Source of the DNA: Candidatus Sericytochromatia bacterium
GTDB taxonomy: Bacteria > Cyanobacteriota > Sericytochromatia > S15B-MN24 > JAQBPE01
Direction: 5' to 3'
DNA: 48,925 bases
Assembly: GCA_035285125.1 (NCBI GenBank)
Contig: JAYKHR010000120.1
Span: forward strand, 1 to 48,925
Positions within the stretch are counted from its first letter, which is position 1. Every line of letters starts with the position of its first letter. Made by a program: the position numbers and the translations under genes. Shown here in pieces: positions 28,237 to 36,717 of the stretch. The notes under the pieces were generated by a model, which saw nothing but the letters and a program-made list of their open reading frames with translations, was not told the origin of the DNA and did not search any database.

Positions 28237-29367
28237 GTGCGCGCCCTCGCTCTGCTCTCCGGGGTGTTGGCCCTTGCCGCGGCGTGCGGCTGTTCGCGGG
28301 CGCTGCCCACGACCAGCGGCCGTGGGGCCGGGCCGGCTGCGACACAGGCCGCCCCCGCCGGCGAACTGGGGCTGCACGTCCTGCCCGACGAGAGCGATGC
28401 GTTCTTTCTCCGCGCGTTGAACGGCGCGCGCCGGTCCATCAAGCTTCAGGTTTACATGCTCACGCACCCGGGGGTCGTCGAGGCCCTTGGGGCGGCGCGG
28501 GCGCGGGGCGTCGAGGTGCGGGTGCTGATGGAGGAGAAGCCCTTCAACCCCGGCAACCCGGCGAGCCCGCTGCCCACGAACAAGGCCGCTGCCAAGAAGC
28601 TTGAGGCGGCGGGCGTCGCCGTGCGCTGGACGGATCCGCGCTTCCGCTTCACCCACGCCAAGCTCGTGACCATCGACGACGGCGTGACGTTCATCTCCAC
28701 GGCCAACTTCACGAAGAGCGGGCTCAACGCCGGGGGGACGGGCGTGCGCGAGTACCTCGTCGAGGACCGCGCGCCCAGTGACGTGGCCGAACTCGGGCGG
28801 ATGTTTGCGGCCGACTGGGAGCGCACGCCCTTCACGCCCACGGACCCTGACCTCGTCATCAGCCCCACCACCTCTCGGCGCCAGATCTTCGACCTCATCC
28901 GGGCGGCCCGCAAGGAGGTGGTGGTGCAGGTGGAGGTGGCCGGCGACCGGGCCCTCGACGACCTCCTCGCCCAGAAGGTGCGCGAGGGCGTTCGCGTCCG
29001 CGCGATGCTGGCCAACCTGAAGGCCCTCGCCGCTGGCGGCGACCCGGTGTACCGTTCGAACCTCGACGTGGCCCGGGCCTGGCAGGCTGCCGGGGTCCGC
29101 GTGGTGCTGCAGGACAAGCCGCACCTGCACGCCAAGGCGGTGCAGGTGGATCGCGGCGCCTTCTATGTGGGCTCGGTCAACATGACGACCAACTCGATGG
29201 ACAACAACCGCGAGGTGGGCATCGTCGTCCGGACGCCGGCGCTGGCGGAGCGCCTCGCCGAGGTCCTCGACCGGGATCACGCCGCCGGGGGCCCGGTGCC
29301 GACCGGAGATCCCACGAGCAAGGCGCCCATCGGCCCGCTGCTGGAGTTTCCGGGCCTCCCGCTGTGA
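28237..29367 (+). CDS. Phospholipase D superfamily lipoprotein with two HKD motifs
   Basis: HAKLVTID...STANF and HAKAVQVD...GSVN......NREVG; signal peptide ending AAACGC. Confidence 0.9.
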   Translation: MRALALLSGVLALAAACGCSRALPTTSGRGAGPAATQAAPAGELGLHVLPDESDAFFLRALNGARRSIKLQVYMLTHPGVVEALGAARARGVEVRVLMEEKPFNPGNPASPLPTNKAAAKKLEAAGVAVRWTDPRFRFTHAKLVTIDDGVTFISTANFTKSGLNAGGTGVREYLVEDRAPSDVAELGRMFAADWERTPFTPTDPDLVISPTTSRRQIFDLIRAARKEVVVQVEVAGDRALDDLLAQKVREGVRVRAMLANLKALAAGGDPVYRSNLDVARAWQAAGVRVVLQDKPHLHAKAVQVDRGAFYVGSVNMTTNSMDNNREVGIVVRTPALAERLAEVLDRDHAAGGPVPTGDPTSKAPIGPLLEFPGLPL

Positions 29368-29479
29368 GCTCGGGGGCGGGCGGTAGGACCTTCCGCGAGC
29401 GGGTATATGGGAGTCGAGTATTCCACCGGTTGGACGAACTTCAGCCGGAAACCCGCGACCAGCAAGGTGTCCAGACGCC

Positions 29480-32400
29480 GTGACGCTCAGAGAAATTGGC
29501 AACCGCTACAAGATGCTCTCCACGCTGGGCGAAGGCGGCATGGGCGCCGTTTTGCTCGTGGAGGACACCACGAGCGCGGAGCACGTGGCGCTGAAGATCC
29601 TCAGCCCCAAGGTCGAGCGGGCCGAGGGAGCGGATGGGGCGATCGCCCTGTTGTTCAAGCGGGAATTCCGCGCGATGTCGCGCTTCCAGCACCCCAACAA
29701 CTGCCAGGTCTTCGACTTCGGCACGCTGCCGGCGGGTGACCCCTACTTCACCATGGAATACGTCGAGGGCCGCGGCCTCGACGAGCTGCTGCCATTCACC
29801 GAGGAGGATGCCGTCAGCGTCCTGAGGCAGCTCTGCCTCGCGCTGGGCACCGTGCACCGCCAGGGCTTCGTGCACGGCGACCTCAAGCCCGAGAACATCC
29901 GGCTGCGCGCCGATGGCGTCCTCAAGCTGATGGACTTCGGCCTCGCGGACGTGGCGGGCAACGCCCACGGCACCATCCGCGGCACGCTCGCCTACATGGC
30001 CCCCGAGGTCGCCAAGGGCGGCCGGATCGACCAGCGCTCGGACATCTACGCCCTCGGTGCGGTGATGTACCACCTGTTGACGGGGGCGCCGCCCTTCCAA
30101 GGGGCCACGGCCGTCGACGTGCTTCGCGCCCACACGCGCGAGAAGCCTGCCCGGATGACTGGTGCCAAGGCGCCCATCTCCGAGCAGATGCAGGCGATGG
30201 TGGCGAAGATGCTCGAGAAGGAGCCAATCGCTCGCTACCAGTCCGTGCGCGATGTGCTCGCCGAGCTCGGCGTCGAGACTGGCGAGGCGCTTCAGGCCGC
30301 GCTGCTCGCCAGCGAATTCGTGGGCCGCAAGGCCGAGTTGGAGCGCCTGCAGGGCGGGCTCACGACGGCCCAGGCCACGGCCAAGGGTCACACCATTGCG
30401 GTCCTCGGCCCCTCCGGCGTGGGCAAGAGCCGGCTCATCGAGGAGTTGCGGTTCGGGGTGCAGCTCGCCAACGTGCCCTTTCTGTTCGGCCAGGCGACGG
30501 CTTCGCAGACGCCCTACGGCCCATTCGTGCAGGTCGCCAAGGGGCTCGTGCCTGTGCTTCGCGAGGTGGCGCCCGACGAACTGCACGAGCTCGCGCCGGT
30601 GCTTGCCAAGCTGGTGCCTGAGCTCGCCGACGGCCGGGCGGGATCCGTCCTCGAACCCGATCAGGAGCGCCTCGTGATCCAGGCGGCACTGACGCGCCTG
30701 GTGGCCGCCACGGCCCGCCGCGCCGGGGCTGTCCTGGTGCTGGAAGACTGGCACCAGGCCGATCCGCTGTCCCAAGAAACCTTGGCCTACGTGCTGCGCA
30801 ACGCCACAGGTGTGGGCCTGCTGGTCGTCGTGACCTCCCACGAAGCGGTGCCTGGCGTCGCTGAGAGCCTCAACCTCGCGTCCTTCACGCCGGACGAGGT
30901 GCGTGCCGTGGCCGCCAGCATGCTGGGCGTGCCCAAGCTGCCCGACTCCCTCGTGACCCAGCTGGCGGACTGGTCGGGCGGGCTTTCCGCGCGGCTGGGC
31001 TCCTTGATTGAGCACCTCGTCCGGACCGGGGTCTTCGGCAACGCGCTGGGCGTCTGGCAGCTTCCGGACCAGCTGGCGGCGAAGGACCTGCCCGGCAACG
31101 TGGCGGACCTGCTGGCGGCCAGGCTATCCGGCCTCAGCGCCGAGGCGCTGGAGCTGCTGCGCCTCGTCGCGGTGTTCGGCGCGCCCATCACCTTGGCCGC
31201 TGCGGCCAGGCTGGTCAGTGGCGATGACGAGGCTCTGCTCGACGCCTTCGATGCGCTCTGCCAGGCGCGCCTGCTGGCCTTCGACGGTCACTGCTACACC
31301 ATCGTCGGCCAGGAGTTCGGGGAGTCCCTGGTGGCGGGCCTGCCGTCGGACGTCGTCGTGGGGCTGCACCGGCGCATCGCGGACACCTTGGAGGCGGCCC
31401 TGCCCGTGGAGACAGAGCCCGATCTCGACGTGCTGACGGCGCTCGCGGGGCACAGCCTGAAGGGTCAGGGCGGCGAGAAGGCTGCCCGCTACGCCCTGCG
31501 GGCGGCCACGCGGCACCGCGAGTACAACGCCGTGGGCACGGCCCACAACCTGCTCACGCTGGCCCTCGAAATGGTTGAGCCAATGGCTTCAGCGGCCGAG
31601 GTGGAGCCCCTGCAAGGGCAGCTCCTCGAGCAGCTCGCCTGGACCCAGGTGGCGCGCCACGAGATGGACCTGGCCGGTGAGAGCCTGCGACGGGCCCTCG
31701 CCATTGCGGAGCGGTCCGGCGACAAGGCGCGCCTGGTCGAGGCCCTAGTCCTGATGGCCCAGTTGGCCCAGATCAAGGGCACCTCCGACGACCTCAAGCA
31801 GTCTGCTGAGCTCAACGAGCGCGTCGTGGGCCTCGCGTCGGACATCGGGGCCGACAAGGTGCGGGCCCGGGCTTACACCAACCTGGGCCGGGCCTTGTTC
31901 TTCCTTGGTCAGAACCAGCGCGCCCGCGAGATCTTCGAGCAAGGTGTCGCCTTTGCCCGGGACAAGAACGTGCCTCTTTACGCGGCGCGCGGTGGCTGCC
32001 TGCTGGGCTACTTGCTGACGCTCACACCGGAAACGCGGGAGCTTGGCATGCGCCACCTGCGCACCGCCGTCGACATCCAGAAGGAGATCGGCGACAAGTA
32101 CGGCGAGGGCTATACCTACATGGTGCTGGCCAACGTGCTGCTCCAGTCCGGCATGTTCAAGGAGGCCGAGGCGGCCACCGTGCGCAATGGCGAGATTATG
32201 GAGGAGCTCAGCACGCTCGACGACCTGGCCGTCGCGTTGCTGAACCACGCCCTCGTCGTCTTCGAGCGGGGAGACTTCGGCCGGATGGCGGAGATTGCGG
32301 AGCGCTGCCACAAGCTCGCCACGCAGCTGCACCACAAGCCGACGCTGTACTTCTCTGCCACGCTCGGCGTGCTCTCCGGCATGTACCGCGGCACCTTCGT

Positions 32401-35005
32401 GGGGGCCCTGGAGCGCGTCCGGGCCCAGGAGGCCGCCCTGCGGGAGACTTCGGGCTACCTGCTTTCCTCGGTGATGCCCTACATCATCGACAGCCTGCTG
32501 TATGCGGGCCGGCTTCAGGAGGCCCTGCGGGCTGCGCAGGAGGCGCGTGACCTCATCACCACCACGGGCAACACCGAAATCGAGACGCGGCTGTGGATTC
32601 TGATGGGCGAGATCCACGCCCGGCTCGGCGAGAACCCGGCCGCCCGTAGCTACTTCGACCGGGCCCGGGAGCACGGCGTCAAGGGCGAGGAGCCTCACAT
32701 CGTGGCCCGGGCCGACAAGGGGCTGGGCTGGATGGACCTCCACGAGGGCCGGCTCGAGTCTGCCTACGAGTCGCTGGTGCGGGCCATGGACGCCGCCCGC
32801 CAGCTCGGGATGCAGCAACTCAGGCTGGACTGCACCTGGCTGCTGGGCGAGCTCTCGCTCGCCCGAGACGAGCGGGGCGAGGCCCTGGGCTTCTTCCAGG
32901 AGGCCGCGGAGTGCGCCGCGGAGCTGGGCGTGCCCGTGACGGAGGCGATCGCGTTGCACGGGATGGCGCGTGCCACCAGCGACCCAGCCCGCGTGCGGCG
33001 GTGGCAGCAGCAGGCCCGGGAGCGGCTCGACGCCGTGACGCAGGGCCTTGGCGACGAGGAACGCGCGCACTTCCTGTCGTTCACCGAGCGCGCGCAGATC
33101 GAGCGGGCGGTGCCCGAGGCGACGGTCACGACCCCGATTGCGCACACGGGTCCCGTCCCGGACGTGGCACCTGCCATGCCCGAGGACGCGCCGATCGCGG
33201 AGCGGGCCCGCTGGATCAGCCGCGAGGTCGCGCATGCGGCCTCCGCGATGGCTGGAGAGGCTCAGCGCGTCGCCTCAATCGCCCGGGAGTACGAGCTCCT
33301 CGCGGAGACCGTCGGCTCGCAGGCCAGCGAGATCAAGGAGCTGCAGGCGGCGAACCACCGGATGGAGCAGCTGATCCGCTTCTCGATGGCCGTCAGCAAC
33401 CTTCAGAACCTCGAGGCCATTCTGGAGCAGGCCGTCGACATGATCGTCGAGCTGACGGACGCCGAGCGCGGCTTCCTGCTGTTCTTTGAGAACGGGCAGA
33501 TCCGGTCGCAGGTCAGCCGGGTCAACGTCGACCGCCGCAGCCCGCTCGACTGGCAGTTCTCCAAATCCATCGCGGAGAAGGTGCTGAGCACGGGGGAGGT
33601 CGTCTGCGTCTTCGACGCGATGGCCGACCAGCAGTTCAACCAGAGCCAGTCCGTCGTCGATCTGAACCTTCGCACCGTCATCTGCGTGCCCATGCGGATC
33701 AAGGGGCGCATGATCGGCGCCATCTATGTGGACCGGCAGTCGGTCAACGAGAACTTCACGCCGAGCGACCTGGAAATGGTCCTGAGCCTCGCCGCGCAGG
33801 CGGCCGGTGCCATCGAGAACGCGAGGCTCCATCAGGAGTGGGTCGAAAAGAGCAAGCGGCTGGAGATGCTCAACAACCTGAGCAAGACCATCTCGGGCTC
33901 CCTCGACATGGAAGAGGTCCTCGACCTCATCGTGAAGATGACGCTGGAGGTCTCCCGCGCGGAACGCGGCTTCCTCTTCCTCGTGGACGACAGCGAGCAC
34001 AAGCTGCTGTGTCGGGCTGCCCGCGACATGAAGACCAGCCTGCCGCTTGACCAGGACCACGAGGTCTCGCTGTCGATCTGCAACAAGGTGCTGCAGTCGG
34101 GTGAGGCCGAGAACGTTGCGGATGCCCTGAACGACGAGGAATTCCAGTTCCAGCAGTCGATCATGGCCCTCAACCTGCGGATGGTGATGTGCGTGCCGAT
34201 TTTGGCGAAGGGCGCGGTGATCGGGCTGCTGTACGTCGACAGCCAGGCCGTCGTCAACGCCTTCGGCGACAAGGACCTCGAGCTCCTGAAGGCCATCGCG
34301 GGCCACGCCTCTGTCGCCATCGAGAACGCGAAGCTCCACGCCAAGACCATGCACCTGGCGGACGACCTGCGGAAGACCTTCTACAGCTTCGTCCAGGCGT
34401 TGGGCACCTCGATCGACGCCAAGCACCCCCTGACGGCAGGCCACTCGCACCGCGTCACGGAGTACAGCGTCCGGCTGGCCCGCCGCATCGGCATGACCGA
34501 GGAGGAGGTCGAGAACATTCGCATCGCCGGCCTGCTCCACGACGTGGGCAAGATCGGCACGCCGGACCACATCCTCATGAAGCCGGGCTCCTTCACGAAC
34601 GAGGAGTACGAGATCATGAAGCGCCACGTGGTTCACACCCGCGAGATCCTCGACAACATCCACTTCCCGTCCCACCAGCGGGACATCCCCGCGATGGCCG
34701 GCGCCCACCACGAGAAGTGGGACGGCAAGGGCTACCCGAACAACCAGGCTGGCGAGGACATCCCCTTCGGTGGGCGCATCCTGGCCCTCGGCGACGTCTT
34801 CGATGCCATCACCTCGAAGCGCGACTACCGTGAGGCGATGCCCCTGTCACAGGCGCTCAACATCATCCGGCAGGGCATTGGGACCCACTTCGACCCTGCC
34901 CTTGGCCCCGAGTTCATCAAGATGATTGAGGAAGAGGGCGTCGTCGGCTACGAGGCGGAGGCGCGCGTCGAGGCGGCGGGGGCTCCTCAGGAGGCCGCCA
35001 CCTGA
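29480..35005 (+). CDS. Multidomain signalling protein: Ser/Thr kinase, P-loop ATPase, TPR-like region, GAF, GAF, HD-GYP phosphodiesterase (1841 aa)
   Basis: Kinase GEGGMGAV, VALK, HGDLKPEN, DFG, YMAPE; FVGR..EL, GPSGVGKS, VLVLEDWHQAD; two AERGFL...CVP...IG..YVD...F...DLE GAF repeats; HSHRV, HDVGKIG, HHEKWDGKGYP, DVFDAITSKRDYR. Confidence 0.92.
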   Translation: MTLREIGNRYKMLSTLGEGGMGAVLLVEDTTSAEHVALKILSPKVERAEGADGAIALLFKREFRAMSRFQHPNNCQVFDFGTLPAGDPYFTMEYVEGRGLDELLPFTEEDAVSVLRQLCLALGTVHRQGFVHGDLKPENIRLRADGVLKLMDFGLADVAGNAHGTIRGTLAYMAPEVAKGGRIDQRSDIYALGAVMYHLLTGAPPFQGATAVDVLRAHTREKPARMTGAKAPISEQMQAMVAKMLEKEPIARYQSVRDVLAELGVETGEALQAALLASEFVGRKAELERLQGGLTTAQATAKGHTIAVLGPSGVGKSRLIEELRFGVQLANVPFLFGQATASQTPYGPFVQVAKGLVPVLREVAPDELHELAPVLAKLVPELADGRAGSVLEPDQERLVIQAALTRLVAATARRAGAVLVLEDWHQADPLSQETLAYVLRNATGVGLLVVVTSHEAVPGVAESLNLASFTPDEVRAVAASMLGVPKLPDSLVTQLADWSGGLSARLGSLIEHLVRTGVFGNALGVWQLPDQLAAKDLPGNVADLLAARLSGLSAEALELLRLVAVFGAPITLAAAARLVSGDDEALLDAFDALCQARLLAFDGHCYTIVGQEFGESLVAGLPSDVVVGLHRRIADTLEAALPVETEPDLDVLTALAGHSLKGQGGEKAARYALRAATRHREYNAVGTAHNLLTLALEMVEPMASAAEVEPLQGQLLEQLAWTQVARHEMDLAGESLRRALAIAERSGDKARLVEALVLMAQLAQIKGTSDDLKQSAELNERVVGLASDIGADKVRARAYTNLGRALFFLGQNQRAREIFEQGVAFARDKNVPLYAARGGCLLGYLLTLTPETRELGMRHLRTAVDIQKEIGDKYGEGYTYMVLANVLLQSGMFKEAEAATVRNGEIMEELSTLDDLAVALLNHALVVFERGDFGRMAEIAERCHKLATQLHHKPTLYFSATLGVLSGMYRGTFVGALERVRAQEAALRETSGYLLSSVMPYIIDSLLYAGRLQEALRAAQEARDLITTTGNTEIETRLWILMGEIHARLGENPAARSYFDRAREHGVKGEEPHIVARADKGLGWMDLHEGRLESAYESLVRAMDAARQLGMQQLRLDCTWLLGELSLARDERGEALGFFQEAAECAAELGVPVTEAIALHGMARATSDPARVRRWQQQARERLDAVTQGLGDEERAHFLSFTERAQIERAVPEATVTTPIAHTGPVPDVAPAMPEDAPIAERARWISREVAHAASAMAGEAQRVASIAREYELLAETVGSQASEIKELQAANHRMEQLIRFSMAVSNLQNLEAILEQAVDMIVELTDAERGFLLFFENGQIRSQVSRVNVDRRSPLDWQFSKSIAEKVLSTGEVVCVFDAMADQQFNQSQSVVDLNLRTVICVPMRIKGRMIGAIYVDRQSVNENFTPSDLEMVLSLAAQAAGAIENARLHQEWVEKSKRLEMLNNLSKTISGSLDMEEVLDLIVKMTLEVSRAERGFLFLVDDSEHKLLCRAARDMKTSLPLDQDHEVSLSICNKVLQSGEAENVADALNDEEFQFQQSIMALNLRMVMCVPILAKGAVIGLLYVDSQAVVNAFGDKDLELLKAIAGHASVAIENAKLHAKTMHLADDLRKTFYSFVQALGTSIDAKHPLTAGHSHRVTEYSVRLARRIGMTEEEVENIRIAGLLHDVGKIGTPDHILMKPGSFTNEEYEIMKRHVVHTREILDNIHFPSHQRDIPAMAGAHHEKWDGKGYPNNQAGEDIPFGGRILALGDVFDAITSKRDYREAMPLSQALNIIRQGIGTHFDPALGPEFIKMIEEEGVVGYEAEARVEAAGAPQEAAT

Positions 35006-36609
35006 GCCACCCGCGTCTCGCGACGGCGCTGCTGCTTCTCCTGGGGCTCGGGCAGGCAGCCTGGGCGGGGGCCTGGGCCTATGGCCTGGCCGCGCGGGAG
35101 GAGCCTTCGCCGGCCCGCCTCTCGGAGGGAGACGCGCCCCGGCAGGCGGCCATGCGGCGTGCCCAGGACGCCGCGCGGCGCATCCTGGCGGCTCGCACCC
35201 TGGCAGAGGCCACCCGCCTGACGCGGCTTGTGGCCGCCGAGCAGCCCCTGCTCGCCCTGACCCTCGTCGTGGAGGGCGGGCGGGCTGAGGGGCCGCGGCT
35301 GCTCGTGGGGCAGGACGACGGCGAGCCGTGGGCGCCGCTGGCCCGCCTCGCGGCCTCCCCGCCACCGGGCGCTGAGGGGGGCCTGATGCGCTGGGCCGAG
35401 GATCCGGACAGGCTGTCGTTGCTGATGGTGCGGGCCGTCGGCCCCCTGCCGCAGCCTTCGCCCAAGGCTGTGGCCTCCCGGCAACCGGCGCGCACCCACA
35501 CCGTCGTCGCCGGCGACACCTTCTACCGCATCTCCCGGCAGCACTACGGCCACCCGGGGATGCACGCGGCGATCCGGGCGGCCAATCGCGAACGCCTCGG
35601 GCCCGGCCAGGCCCTCGTGTCCGGGCTCGTGCTGGCGCTGCCCGACGAGCCCGGCTCGACGCCGGCCCCGGCTGCCGCGGCGGTGCCGTTGGAGGGCCGG
35701 CAGCGGCTGGCGCTTCGCGTGGAGGTGCCGGTCGAGGAGGCCCCGGCCCGCGGGCCGCGCCGCGGCGAGCCTTGGGTGGCGTCGGCTGCCGCGGCCCTGG
35801 GCGCTGCCGCCTGGTGGGGCGTCGGCGTCCGGTGGCTGGGCCGCCGCCGCCGTCGGGCCGAGGCCGAGGCCGGAGAGGCCGTCTTGGGCGAGGTCGTCGC
35901 GGCTGCGCTGCCCGAGCCACCGCCCTGGAACGCGGAAGGCCTGGTCTCGCCCTGGCAGGTCGAGCTGGCGTGGGCCCCCACAGGGGGGGCGGGGCGAGGC
36001 GTCGTGGACTGGTGCCGCCTGGGGACGCAGGGCCTCGGGGTGTGGAGCGCGGGGTGCGCCACGGCCGACGTGCGGGGGCTCGTAGCGTGCGGCCAGGGGC
36101 GCCTGCTCTGGCGGGTGCTGGCGGACGAGGGCCAGCCCCCGGGGCGGACGCTGAGCCAGGTCGACGATCGGCTGCGGGCCGAGGGGGCCGCGCTCGGCCC
36201 GGCCTGCTACGTCCGCTTCGACCTGAAGACCGGCGAGGCCTACTACGCGGCCCTGGGCTTTCCCGGCGTGTATGCGCTTGGCCGGGGGGGGGCGCTGGCT
36301 CGCCTCTCAGGGCCGACGGCTGCGGCGCCGGGCGTGCTGGTGCAGGGGCGCTACGCCTTGGCCGAGGGCGAGAGCCTGCTGCTCGTGCCCGACGAGTTGC
36401 TCGCTTGCGAGGGCCCTGAGGGCGAGCCCTACGGCCTCGAGCGGCTGCAGCGTTGCATGCGCGAGCGCCCCGGGTGTTCGGCCTCCGAGGTGGTGGCGGC
36501 GGCGGCCAGGTCGCTGGAGGCCTTCACGGGGCTCGCCGGGCCCGAGGCGGCGCCCGGCTTGCTGTGCGTGCGGCTGGCGGGGCGGTTCGCGCCCGCGCCG
36601 AGGGGCTGA
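35002..36609 (+). CDS. Membrane protein: N-terminal signal/TM, LysM, TM, degenerate SpoIIE/PP2C-like domain (proposed CTG start 35002; first ATG 35152)
   Basis: LysM THTVVAGDTFYRISRQHYG...IRAAN...LVLALP; TM followed by RRRRR; PP2C-like P...L..V...L, YAALGFP, L..GESLLLVPD, GEPYGLERL; frame open back to 35002 with AGGAGG SD. Confidence 0.72.
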   Translation: MSHPRLATALLLLLGLGQAAWAGAWAYGLAAREEPSPARLSEGDAPRQAAMRRAQDAARRILAARTLAEATRLTRLVAAEQPLLALTLVVEGGRAEGPRLLVGQDDGEPWAPLARLAASPPPGAEGGLMRWAEDPDRLSLLMVRAVGPLPQPSPKAVASRQPARTHTVVAGDTFYRISRQHYGHPGMHAAIRAANRERLGPGQALVSGLVLALPDEPGSTPAPAAAAVPLEGRQRLALRVEVPVEEAPARGPRRGEPWVASAAAALGAAAWWGVGVRWLGRRRRRAEAEAGEAVLGEVVAAALPEPPPWNAEGLVSPWQVELAWAPTGGAGRGVVDWCRLGTQGLGVWSAGCATADVRGLVACGQGRLLWRVLADEGQPPGRTLSQVDDRLRAEGAALGPACYVRFDLKTGEAYYAALGFPGVYALGRGGALARLSGPTAAAPGVLVQGRYALAEGESLLLVPDELLACEGPEGEPYGLERLQRCMRERPGCSASEVVAAAARSLEAFTGLAGPEAAPGLLCVRLAGRFAPAPRG

Positions 36610-36717
36610 CCCCACGCGGGGGGCGGAGCAGCCGCGGCCGGCTGGGCCCCCGTCCCCGCGCCGTGGGCCGTTGCGGTACAATGGCGTGACCCCCGTCACG
36701 TACACCTGAGGTCTGCC

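Noticed and set aside
29480..35005. Reading the STAND-like kinase as an Avs-type antiphage system, with the PLD as effector
   Set aside because: The output is GAF-GAF-HD-GYP, the PLD is an exported lipoprotein, and there is no defence-island or mobile context, so signalling is the simpler explanation.
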